The notes under the pieces: generated by a model | The model's input: the letters and a program-made list of their open reading frames with translations, nothing else | The model's database searches: none | Told to the model about the DNA's origin: nothing | Position numbers and translations under genes: made by a program | In this document: one piece after another, positions 25,625-37,980 of the stretch | How the letters are laid out: each line of letters opens with the position of its first letter | Numbering within the stretch: position 1 is the first letter of the stretch | NCBI GenBank assembly: GCA_046563655.1 | Contig: CM102287.1 | Location: 3,844,001 to 3,908,000, forward strand | Direction: 5' to 3' | Origin: Yuukianura sp. NJ FZ-2021 | Lineage: Eukaryota | Length of the DNA: 64,000 nucleotides

Positions 25625-27788
25625 TCTTGAGTCGACGATGGACCACGTCAATTGGAAATGTTGCTCTATCCGCCATTCATTATCCCTTCAGTAACTACTC
25701 TGGAAAATCGATGTCTGGTGGTGCAACATTTTGGAAATGAGTGTCAATTAATATCGATTCCGCCATTACGTCATTGATTCTGCTCCAACTTGTGAATTTC
25801 CGTTAGATTCAATCTGAAAAGACAAGAAACACAATTAGAAACTTTAATCAACAAAGTAATCGATTACTTCAACTATTGATTGACAATAAGCCTACGAGAA
25901 AAGTACATTAAACATGTACTGCCAGGCTACTAAACAAGTAAAAAATTTCGTGTTACTCTCATTACCATCAATTTGGCAAAGATTCTAATTAACAGCATTG
26001 ACCATTAACGTTAACACTTTACAATAACATTGAGCATAACAATCTGGATCCAACCAGATTGTAAATGTATGAAAAATGAGCCTCGTCTTCATTAAGTTGG
26101 CAATTGATCTTTAGCACTTGGCCAATTACCAATGTCATCATCATCAGCTGTCTTCATCGCAATACGTTTAGGCAACGTTCTCACCGTTTTTGCTAAAATT
26201 TATACCAATTCCATTGAAATCAAGGAAGTAACAAAAACGATTACCCTTGTCCTTCCTTACCAAGATTACGCCATTGACCTCAGTTGATAATTCCGTTGAC
26301 CTTCTCCTTACAAAGGTCAACCAGCTACCACTGACTCACTGTTGTTCCCACGTAAATGTCAATATATATTGACAGAATATGTTGAGAGACCGATGGATAC
26401 CAGGGACAGGTCCTTCCTGGAGCATGATAAGCTGAGTACTGAAGTGACTTGTGAAACTGCAATACCCTTGGCCTGCTTAGCACGTGTATTTTCCAAACGA
26501 AGGGATGAAGGGCCTCCCTAGTAGACTTTTAAGGGGTCCCTTAGACTAAGGGGTGTTAGTCAATTGTTTTGGTATTCCTTTGGTACTGTAAGGGCTCTGC
26601 TGTTCAGAAATGGGCTCAAAGGGTTCCGAATGAATCTTTGGAGATCTCGAGAAGACGACGGATGAAGATGAAGTGGAGACGAGGTATCCAAGACGAAGAG
26701 TGAGTCCTATGTTGGGTATATCCAAGTGACATGACTCCACTCTCAGCTATCAACATTCCTCAAATAGCTCATGTGGATATGAACACATCTCCCTCTGGGC
26801 CACCCAAACAAATCCTCTACTACACGAAGTCACTTTCACTCCATATCTTTTACCGTGGTACAACCGTAACTTTACGGTAACGAGATGAATCGTATGGTAA
26901 TCGTATCAAACCGTAACGGTACGGTACCAGTACAAGTCGGGTCGGGCGATCCGAAGCACCCATGAATGATAACAACCTGGAAGATGTGCTAATTGAATTA
27001 AAAGTTGGGAAACTTAACATTGGAGATTAAGTTTAGATTAAGATTGACTTAACGTTAATTATATTAAGATTAATTAACTTAAATTTCAGATGGTTGTTAC
27101 GTTGAAACTGTTGAGGCCGTGGACATGCCAAAACGTTAACCAGAATGTGGCCAAGGTCAATGATTTTAGTATTCTGAAGAAGACTATTGATATGCCTTTG
27201 TCCGTCTGTCTGTCCGCATTTTTTAAAAAGTTTGTTTAAACCGGTATCGGCCTCACGTGAAACTGAAACCGAATCATTGTTAAACCAAAGTTAAAGTTAA
27301 TTGTGGTTAAGACTTAGTTAACTTTTAGGATTTGATTTTTTATTTAAGAAAAATTAGGGTTATTACATATTAACTAAACAGATTTAATTCAAAGAAACAA
27401 GTTAGTAAATTAGATTAACTTGGAGCGGGTAACATGATCCTCAGACGAAATGAAACGTTACTCTAAAAACTCGGCATTCCTAAATCTAACAAAAATCGGT
27501 TTAATATTAACCAAAAGTTCCTGCCTTTTTTCCTAGTATTTATTTACACAAGAAATGTCAATTTCGGAAATAAAGTTCCAAGTAATACTAAAGTATAACT
27601 GTTCAATTAGCCAAGACTGGAGATGAACGATCCATAACGTTTTGTTTTTGTTATTTCTTGACATTTTTGTAAATTCGATTTGAGAATGAGTACAACTTGG
27701 GCTTTACAAGCGCAGACGTTGGGAGATTTGGTGGAAATTAAATTAAACGATGATGGCGAGGAGGAAGATGCGATGAATTAAGTTCTAA

Positions 27789-29314
27789 TTAGTGAGACTG
27801 ACACTGTACTCCAGCAGGACCTCGGCCGCCTTCATCTTCATCGTAGGCATGTTGCGCTCGGCGGCCGTGTGCCCTGTTGTCGTAGTCAACTAGTCCAACT
27901 TCTTCTGCATCATCTGGAACTATGATTTCTTGTCTAAACAAACAAAAATGAAAGTCAGATTTGAACTTAGCATCAACTGATTGATGAAATCATCAATTAA
28001 ATAACTACTTGATGCTTACTTTGGAGGTAAACAGGCTTCTAGTTTGGAGATGACGTCGTTCGGAATCGTTTTGGGGAAGTTGACATTGAACTGAATAATG
28101 AGTCGTCCTTTCTCCATTGGATTTTTGTAAACGGGCATTCCCTCGTTTCGAATAGCCTTAATATCACCAGGCTTAATAATTTCTCCTGGAATGGTTCCAA
28201 TTACAAGGGTACGCCCATCCAACGTAGTTATTGTTCGTTGAAATCCACACAGGGCTTCGGACAGTTCAATGTCCATGGGCATTACGAGATCTGTGTTGAC
28301 TCGCCTGGAATCCAAGAAATTATGGATAAGTAAACACGAAAGTTGAAAAACGACACAAAGACGACGTGAACTCGACTTACTTGAAAACGTCGTGCGGTTT
28401 TTCGTCAATGACGATGATGATGTCACCGGGAGCGACGTCAGGTTCTTGGTCACCTTCTCCGTGCAGCACAATTTTCTCTCCGTCTTGCATTCCCTTCTCA
28501 ACATGGATTTGAATCACTTTCCGATCTTTTGTGATCTTCTTTCCACTACAAGCTTTGCAGCGCTCAGAAGCAGCGATTTTCTCTCCCTGTCCTTGACAAT
28601 CGCTGCAAACGCTCTGCATGTGCTGGATCATCCCTGGTGCTAACTGGTGAACTCGAAATGTCATGCCCTGACCTTTACAAGTGCCGCATTTATCCGGTTT
28701 CTTGCCCGATTTGCTTCCAGAACCTAAGAAATACAGAATTTAGATACTCCAGCCATGACATGAAAGTTGTATTTTGTCACTCACCTTTGCACTTTTCACA
28801 AATGACGTTTTTGTGAACAGCCAACTTCCTTGTAGCCCCATTGTAAAGTTCCTCCAGCTGAACGTTGAGTTGATGAACAACGTTTTTGGCTCGACGTTCC
28901 TTTTCACGTCGTCCACCACCTCCACCAAACATGCCACCACCACCACCACCAAAGAACATATCGAAGATGTCCATCGGAGAATGGAATCCACCACCTCCGC
29001 TGCCACCACCTTTGATTGCCTCTTCACCGCCCTCATCGTAAATCCTTCGTTTCTCAGGGTCACTCAATACTTCATAGGCTTGAGAAATTAATTTGAACTG
29101 TGATACAGAAAAAGGTAATGTTAATTAACCTCAAAACACAACATAAAATGAACAGTAATTGAAGCAAGGTTTTAGTTCATACCCTTTCACCCTCATTTGG
29201 ATTCTTGTCAGGATGATACTTGAGAGCTAACTTTCGGTAGGCTTTCTTGAGGTCATCGTTCGAGCACCCTGGTTTGACCTCCAGAATATCGTAGTATCCA
29301 GTTTCCTTGACCAT
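27789..29314 (-). CDS. DNAJA: Type I DnaJ/Hsp40 co-chaperone (DNAJA1/2, Droj2-like); exons ~29314-29183, 29098-28785, 28722-28381, 28304-28020, 27934-27789
   Basis: Starts [14 protein letters not shown] domain with HPD (KYHPDKNP), G/F-rich linker, CxxCxGxG zinc repeats ([16 protein letters not shown]), GEGDQEP...PGDIII, and a C-terminal CaaX-type end GVQCQSH*. Confidence 0.95.
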
Positions 29315-29812
29315 TGTTTCTTTTATATTCGAATTAGCACTTCCTTCCGGTTTAGTAGATGCTCCAGATCCTCCAAAAAAATCTTGACTAAGGACAGAAA
29401 AAATACGAACATTAAAGCCAAGTCAAACAAACAAAACTTAAAGTTCAGTCAAACAAGTTCAGTTGTTATGGAAACATCATAAACGCTAAAGATAGGAACG
29501 TGGCAACTAGAACCGTACAATTTCATTTTCTCCTGTCCAACGTGACGACCTAAATCAGTGGTACAACCCCAGTACTAGGTACGAGAGTTAAAGTAATCGA
29601 TTGCGTTAATCAACTTGTAATCAACTTTGATTGATCAAAACTGAGGCAACAATGGAATTCGGGTTGGTTTATGTACCTTAAACTTTTTCAGTCACTCAAT
29701 GATTAAGGGAGTACAACTTCCAGTGGCTACTGACCTATGACTGAACGGAGTGTCGGTCTCGGTGTCGTAGATTATACTGCTTCCTCGATCAGTTCCTAGT
29801 CAATTGACTCTT

Positions 29813-29958
29813 GTTCTCGAATGTTCTAGTTAATTCACAATGGAAGCGAACGAAGAATAACAACCTTCTCAGCCGAGAAAAAGAATAGAAAAGGACGAGT
29901 TTCTAGAAAGATCACAGAAAAACGCACGAGTTTGCAAAATGGAATTCTAGAATCTTCT
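29813..29958. promoter_or_regulatory. Heat-shock elements upstream of the DnaJA gene
   Basis: Alternating nGAAn pentamers: TTCtcGAAtgTTC (29814-29826), TTCtaGAA (29901-29908), TTCtaGAAtcTTC (29945-29957). A TGACGTCA CRE lies at ~29978. Confidence 0.75.
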
Positions 29959-31084
29959 TTTATTTTAAAATCAACCTTGACGTCATCAATTTTTTCCAAA
30001 TCATACCCGTTTGGAACGGGTTTTTGTAAGGAACTAAGCATAAAGATAAGATGATGCCCATATATGCCAGTTATTCACAAAAATTTAATAATAGAACCAA
30101 CCACTTTTCGCATTAACACATTATATCCATTGTTAGATGTAATTAATTAACTAATTGATCAATTAATTAAAAAGTATTTCTATTAATTGAACAGTGCTCT
30201 AGCTCTATGTATGTTAAGCGGACAAAGTCAAAGTGAGACCGAAAGTGTTGAAAATTATTTTTGAGTGATAAAAAAATACAGTTAGGAATTTTTCCCTTTG
30301 GGAAACGGGTGTGGTTTGGAAAAAATTTGTTCGATTTTCTCAGCTGAGAGAAACGGCGGTAAAGCAAAAATTCAAAAAAATTTCCTCTACTTTTTTTTTT
30401 AGCAGGCAGATGCAACGGGACTGCAAAAATTCCGCAAAGAAGCAGAAAAAAAGTCTCCGATATGCAAATTAAGTGGTCGTGATAAACATTTTGCATTAGA
30501 AAAAGAAAAGCTGCGGAAGGAAGTCATTCAAACGAGAAAAAGGAAGAGGCAGAATTCATCTGGGACTTGGCGAATTTGTGTTTACGAAGTTCGTGATAAG
30601 CTGCAAAGTGGAATTAAATTATAACTTTTTAGAAAGGAACAACAAAGCAAGGGGAAAGCAACTCATGCGGAATACTAAAATGTCAGCAGTTGTTCATTTA
30701 CGACTCAACACTTTGAATGGCCATAAAATTAAGTTTTTAATAACTTGAGTTATGGTTGTGTTATTACGGTGACGGTGAGTTTAAACATTTCATTGTTACT
30801 AAAAACTGTCATTGTCATTTCTTTTAAACTTCTACTGGCACGTCATCTTAAAAAGCTGTTTGCGCCTGGTGGCACTGGCTTTTAGCCAACAGCTTGTCGC
30901 GTACTACTAAACTACGGCCTACGACAAGACGACGACAACAGTGTGCTGGTGGAGGTAGAGGTCAGGAGGTCGTTCCATCCAAAAAGTACAGAACGAGCTT
31001 AGTATCGTAGTCTTTACATCGAAATGGTTAGCACATTGTAGAAGACCAACTGAAATCGGCCTACTTTGGGACAACGTTTTGCGA

Positions 31085-32482
31085 ATGATCAAGATTATGT
31101 TGCGGAAGCGGTTCCTCCTTGTCCTTGGAGCTGCGTTACTCGTGATTCTATTTTGGTATTGGGCAGGGCGTTGCCTGTACAATGAAGAGGGAGCAGCAGT
31201 CGGCGTAATTAAAGCCACAAGTCGTGAGGTTTGTAAAACCACATTAACATTCTGATGTTGCGATTAATCAAGTTAATTAACTTGTCGTTTTTTCTGTCCG
31301 CAGACAATCACTTACCACAATGGCCAGTTGCATACGTACAACTCCAATTCACCGCTGATCTTCATTGGTGGCTTTCCACGTTCCGGTACTACGCTGATGC
31401 GAGCTATGCTGGATGCTCATGATGATGTCCGCTGTGGAGAGGAAACGAGAGTTGTGCCAAGGATTCTCCAGTTGGCCAGTCAATGGAACCGATCGGCTAA
31501 AGAGGCGAATCGACTCAAGGAGGCTGGATTGACCGAGGATGTAGGACGCTGCGATTAATTCTGCAAATTAATTGTGTTAATCGATGATTTTTGGCATGAT
31601 TTTTATGATTTCAGGTCCTGGGTTCAGCCGTGTCTTCCTTTATACTCGAAGTGATTGTGAAACATGGAGAGCCAGCGGCCAGACTGTGCAACAAGGACCC
31701 CTTCACGCTTAAATATGGAGTTTATTTACTTAATTTATTTCCAAAATCAAAGTTTATTTTTATGATAAGAGATGGACGAGCTGTTGTACATTCGCTGATT
31801 ACTAGAAAGGTAAAACCGAATTCCGAATCGACGTAAACACGTTAACTTTTCACAAACTGTCGTGACTCTGACGTTTTTTTTTCTTAGGTCACCGTGACAG
31901 GATTTGACCTCACTTCCTACCGTCAATGTCTTCAAAAGTGGTCAAACTCAATGAAAACCATGATGGGACAGTGTGAGGAACTTGGACCCACGAAATGTCT
32001 CAAGGTCAAATACGAAGATCTGATTCTGCAGCCAAAACAGGAAATGGAAAGAATACTCCAATATCTTGACTTGCCATGGGAGGATGTAAGCAACTGTTGC
32101 AATTACTTTTAGTTAATTACTTTCGTTAATTACTTGATTTAAGTAATTACTTGCGTAATTCAACGAATTTTGCTTTTGTTTTTGACTAATTCCAGAACGT
32201 CCTTCATCACGAAGACTTTGTTGGAAAGCCCGGTGGGATCAGCCTGAGCAAGTGAGTCGAAATCTTCAAAAACGAAAGTTTTTCTTTTTTCAAAATTTTG
32301 ATTTCGGTTTTCAAAAAACTTTGTTTTTTGTTTTTAGAGTCGAGCGCTCTTCTGATCAAGTTGTGAAACCAATCAATAAGGAAGCCCTCAACAAGTGGGA
32401 GGGTGCAATTCCTCAGGACGTTCTAGACGACATGGACTCTATTGCTCCCATGCTCAAAGAACTGGGCTACCCTACCTCCTAA
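31085..32482 (+). CDS. TPST: Protein-tyrosine sulfotransferase (Tango13-like); exons 31085-31228, 31304-31540, 31615-31809, 31888-32085, 32196-32251, 32338-32482
   Basis: N-terminal type II TM anchor; [23 protein letters not shown] (5'-PSB loop), [44 protein letters not shown]. Confidence 0.95.
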
Positions 32483-33057
32483 ACAAACCGAATCTCAAAG
32501 GTCAACAGGTCATCACTGACCAGATTCCTACAGAAAATCTTCGTTTTCTCTCCAAAAATCTCTTTTCTTCCACCGCTTCAACCTCAAATGCTCTTCCAGA
32601 TCTTAATTCCCGCCGGAAATGTTAAGCCCACTTTTGTTTTTACAGTTATTACACTACTGCTTATTCAGTTTTACAAAACAGAACAGCCATCCTCACTGCG
32701 CAGTGCAGCTTACACTTAAGTTTTGAACTTATTTTAAAAAACCGAACGCTGAGGCCAACAAAACAGCAACAAATTAAATTATTTATCAAAGGTCAGCCAC
32801 GTTTTGTTTCTAAATGCCATCATTTTATTAAGTACACAACTAAATTATTGAGTCACAAGCAAGATCAAGTTGGCAAAAAAACTGAATTGGCCAAAAGTTA
32901 ATTAATTCTACAATTCGGACGGTGGTCCAACATTATCCTAAGTATAACACTGGTTAAGCACTGAGAAAAAAAGAACTTTTAAGTTCAAGTGTCCAAAAAT
33001 ACTAAAGTATGCAAACTTCCAGACAATTTTGAAATTTACACTACGTTCATCAAACTT

Positions 33058-33160
33058 TGTCCGGAATTCTAAAAACCGGAACCAGCGGAAAGTGTGTCCG
33101 AAATTCTAAAAACCGAAAGCCGCGGGAAATGTGTCCGGAAATCTAAAAATCGGAACCAGA
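33058..33160. repeat. Tandem repeat, ~37 bp x ~3 (TGTCCGGAAATTCTAAAAACCGGAACC...)
   Basis: Three copies of tgtccg(g)aa(a)t(t)ctaaaaa(c/t)cg between the convergent TPST and BTB-ZF genes. Confidence 0.75.
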
Positions 33161-33171
33161 AAGTAAATCGC

Positions 33172-36100
33172 TCAGCGACTCCGTACTAATTTCTTGACCT
33201 TTGCAGAAGAAGTTCTGGATGCTACAGTTGAGGACAATCTAGGTACTATAAAAAGGATTGAAATTTTGATTTTTTGATAGTTTGGAATTCCGAAATTTTT
33301 TGTGTCGCCAAAACCTTCGGCTCTTTTTAGAAAAGAACCGAGTGTTTTCAAAATCATGCGCGAGTTTGAAAAATACCGGGTCATACTTGTACTTTTTGTG
33401 TTTTCTAGACTTACCTTTCAGAAAACTGCCGTCGCTGGCAGTACTTCGCTGCCTGTTGCTTCCAGTTCCTCCAGCTCCAGAAGAATTTAAATCCAAATCA
33501 TGATCTAGTTTGAGTAGAGGTAAGACGCGTGGACGTTTTCGGTAACTTCGACGAGTTTGTCGATCAGAAGTCGTCGGTGTGTCACCACGAGGTGACATTC
33601 GTCGTTTCCTGCCTCGTTTCTTTTTGGCTTGAGATGGTGTTGTGTCGATGCTGGCAGCAGGGGGAGGAGCTTCCGGAAGAAAAAGAAGAGCAAGAAGTTG
33701 GTTTTCTTCGTCGTCTGGCTTGGGAAGCGATGGCAGTCGTTTTACCTGGAAACAAAAACAAAAATTAGGAATGCTTGACAAGTTTTTCGAGGTTTAATAA
33801 CTTTTGGTGAATTAATCACTTGTGATTTCAGGGTTGGCTAGTTTAAACCAGTTGATTTAAACCATGGTTTAAAGTGCACAAAGTACCTATACACTATTTA
33901 CAACATTTTAACTAATACACCTTATCAGCACTTTAGTTTGGATAAAAACCCGCTTTTGATTTAAACCACAAATAAACCTGATTTAAACCAGAAACCAGGT
34001 TTTTTTTGGTTTTTATTTAAAAAAACCAAAAACCACCCAACCATGTGATTAATCGATAAAAACTTACAAGTTGAGCATAGTTGGACTTGGTCAGTGGAAA
34101 CAGCATGATTTCAATTGGTTGAGTAAATTCATCAGAAGTGATGCTTCCCGTACGCTTTTTGGCCTTCAAGTATTTGAAAATTTCTTCAAACGGATCTGCA
34201 GTTCCAGAGCACCGGATTCGCCAGGTATCAACTTCAGCACCCTAAATTATGAAATTCACAAATTTTTAGAATTTTCACTCAACATTTTTGAAAAAAAAAT
34301 ACGGTTTATGTTTTCTTGATTTTGGTTTTTCTATTATTTGTACCTCCATCTTTTTATCGACTTCTTTCCAAACTGCCTCCATTGCACTTTTTCTCACAAC
34401 AAGCGTTGCATTCTTTGGACAGTGACTTTGAGCTACACTGGATTCGTTGTTGTTCGCTTTTGACAAATTTTCCATCACCACACTAAAATTTCCCCATTTT
34501 TCAGTATGGAGTTCCATTGCCATCGTCACGGCTTTTGGACTGGCCCGTGCTGGAGTTGGAGCTGTTGAAGAACGGCGACGTTTACGTTTTTCCTTCAACT
34601 TTCCATCTTCATTACTTTTTCCCGCGGAATTTCCTTTTTCTGTTTCCTTTTCTTTGGTAACAATTGAGATTTCTGGTAAGCAGTCACTCGTTCCGCCTTC
34701 GTCGCAGTCTCCAGATGGAGGTGGAGTGATGAAATTGAAACTAGTTTCAGGTAGTTCATCATTTCCAGTGACGTTCGTTCCTGGTTGGTCCATTTCTTGT
34801 GTCGTGATTGCTGATTGGTCACTTTCCTTTGCCGCCAATTTAGGCTCCTCCTCCTTTGTCGCGGGAGTGGGTGGAACACAAACTCTTCTAAAAATTATAT
34901 CTTCGACTGGTTTTGGTAGACGACTGAGCAGAATCTTCGGCGGAATGATCAAAACTTCTTGAATTTCGCACAGCTTCATTACTGACTTCGGACGAGGAAT
35001 GTACTTGGCAGGTGATGGAAAGGAATTTGATGCTGGGCGAGATTCTGCTGAGATTTTCTCAACTTCCAGTGTCTCTTCACCTTTCAGCGTCTTGTATTTC
35101 AGAAGTAAAGTGCTGCCGTCAACAGCAGTTGTTTCGAACAGATCATCATTATCATCATCAGCGTTTTCGTTTCCAGTAAGTTCATCTTCCAGCGTCGAGT
35201 TGTGTCCACTTCCACCTTTACTGCCTTTTGCTTCTTGTTGTGTCGGAATGTGAGTGAAAGAATGTGTAGCGATTGAAGCCACGCCCATTTTGATGTTAAC
35301 TCTTTTTTCACACCAGCGACAACGAATGAAAGTGTTGTGACTGTCCAGAATCGAAGATTCGTCACAGTGGTGCAACAAGTAATGGCTTTTGATTCCTAAA
35401 GAAAGTCACATTTTGATTTTGGGACATTTTACATTTTTCGAAATTTTGAAAAAGTAGAACATTTCTTACCAACTCTGTCGAAAACGTCAAAGCAAATCCA
35501 GCAACGGGCGAGTCCATGAGAATTTAAGCATTTTTGAGCACGGTCCAGCGTCTTCCACTGCGTGTCACACTCAGGACAGTAAGTTACGATCCGAACTTCA
35601 CCAAATGCTGCCAGTATTTTACTCGTGTGTTCCTTTTCAACGTGAAGCTGAAGTTGCGACTCACGACGAAAAGTACGAGGACATGAACTGCACTGGAATG
35701 AAACAGCGACAGCCGTGGGACGCGTGCTGGAATCGGAACAGCATCCGCTCTTACTTGGACCAGTGGCGCTGCTGCTGCTTTTCTTCCTAGCAGGAGTCTT
35801 TTTCTCTTCTGGTTGGTATAGAGGTGGAGTCTCGTCGTCTTCATCCTCATCGTCAGCGTCTGATTCGTTATCGCTGTAGCTCTCTTGCATTTGAACTATT
35901 TTTGGTCGTGATGAGGATGAACCTGAAGTGGAAGGCAGCACTGGTTTCAAACGTGGCGGGAGACGGTGAATGCTGACATCAAAAGTTGATCCAAAGTATA
36001 ATGCTGACATGGCCCCAAACAAATCGTCTTCATCTTCAACTGAAAAGTTGACACTTCCGGTGTAAGCCAAAGTCAGCATGAGTTCCATCGTATGCTTCGA

Positions 36101-36541
36101 AATGTCTGGCAAAATCAGCGTCGCTGATGCCTTTGCACCCTGAAAATCAAAAAACATTCCAAAAAGTGAAAAAAGTTTTTCAAAAACAAAATAAAATAAA
36201 AATCTTCTTTTTTTTTCAATTTTTCTTGAATTTTCTTACCTGCTCAATTAGCAATTCTCCGAGAAAACTTGACGCTGCAGCAAGAACCATGCGATGAGCA
36301 CCGAGTTTTCCATCAGCCAGAGTAATTACTGTGTCCATGCTCTGTCCCGTGTCCAAAATGTGTTCAATCAAAGGCTGTCCCACAAGCTTCGTCATTTCGC
36401 ATTCCATGTCATCTGTCCACAACAACAAAAATCTCAATCAGTGACATCCACATTACTAAAATTCTTAAACAGTAGTTGCTTACCTGTTGCTAATGGACCA
36501 GTATCCGTCTCGTCACCACTATTACACACTTCTTCTTCCAT
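33172..36541 (-). CDS. BTB/POZ and C2H2 zinc-finger protein; multi-exon, 3' end uncertain
   Basis: BTB: DTVITLADGKLGAHRMVLAAASSFLGELL...LILPDISKHTMELMLTLAYTGSV. C2H2: CSSCPRTFRRESQLQLHVEKEH, plus further Cys/His clusters (CPEC, CWIC, CRWC...H...H) and basic NLS-like runs. Confidence 0.8.
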
Positions 36542-37980
36542 TTGAATCACTTCACCAGCACAAAGTAACTTTTCCCTCGTCAGTCTTCACTCAGCAGCAC
36601 TTCAAACTAACTAACTGTGTAAGTTCTGTTTATCCTTTTGGTTTGGTCCAGGAGAAGGGATTAACGTGGAAGATGAATTTTAGGAATGAGATGCTGAGCC
36701 GGCTGGTTTCCTCCCGTCAGCAGAATCTATGGAAAACAGAACAGAGCAACAAGTTACAAGAAAGGAAGAACCAATCCACAACCTTCCCGCGTATAAGTAA
36801 GATCCCACAACAGTGGATTCCCGCTCTGTCTTTCAGCTAATCTTCCCTCCTGATCCCTTCCTTCTGTCAATTCCTCATCTTCTTGCTAAAAACTTTCTTA
36901 CTTCATCTTCTTCTATGAATGCTGAATGTATTCTGTTGTCCCCTCTTTCCTCTTACCAAGTTAGCTTCGGTACCAGTTGGCTCTGCAATAAACACAAAAA
37001 TACTTCATAAAAGCAAATGGACAACACATCATAAATGTAAATTGGTATGTGACGCCGACATAACGTTGCTGACCCCTAAAAATCTAAACTTTGCTGTATC
37101 GATGTGTCATCAAAGCAAGTGACGGTTGTCAGTACAAGCAATTTGTTACTTTAAAACAAAGAAACAGCAAGGAAGGAAGGCCAAGTGCGGACCGTATTCT
37201 AAAAATTGAGGCCAATAAAGCGTGAAAAGGGCCATAAAATGAAGTCTGCTTTGCTACCACCGCTAACTTTGCTTCTAATCTCAACAATTCGTACTCATTA
37301 TGTTGATAACAAACGGAATTCATAACAAATCAAGCTAAGCGATGGTGGGAATTGTTTTGATCATGTTCATGTTAGTTTCGAATGCTTCTTCGGTAGAACA
37401 TTCTGTGTTTAGTTAGTTGTTCTACAGCCTCGACATCAATTTGTTCCAGATCTTCAGAAAGCGCTAATCATACAATGTATAAAATCCACTTCACACAATT
37501 TACACATGGAAATCCAAAATCTAAAAACGGAGTTTAAAACAATGTCAGCCGGCAGGTATTCCAATAGATTAGATACGATTGGAAAATCAATTGAAAAGGC
37601 TGGGAATTACCTCCTGGATGACCACTTGAACGTCCACTAGCCTTGACCACGATTGTCACCAGTGTTTCCGTCCAGACAAACAGGGAAATCCAGTGGAATC
37701 GAGGCTTCAACACGCGAATGTCGTTGGTTGTTGTAATTCCCAAGTTCTAAAAAAGGAAAAACACTTGAACAGTTAAAAGATTAGTAGCCTCAAAAAGTTG
37801 AAACAATTGAGCAAGTTGCGTCTTTCTACTTTTGGTGTCAACGAATCAACACCTTACCTCTTCTCTGCCCCGAAGTTATTGATTCTTGATTAATTGACTA
37901 CTAATTGATTAATTGACGTTGACCTGACGTTGACCTCCTCCTTCCCTTCCACCAGAACGAACAAAGACAAAGCAGAAACC

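Noticed and set aside
27955..27997. Box C (TGATGA) and box D (CTGA) on the - strand in the last DnaJ intron
   Set aside because: Only ~41 nt from C to D, too short for a C/D snoRNA, and no terminal stem.
37534..37890. Minus-strand exon-like segments upstream of the BTB-ZF gene
   Set aside because: Splice-like signals exist but no convincing protein; possibly 5'UTR exons, which cannot be supported without transcripts.
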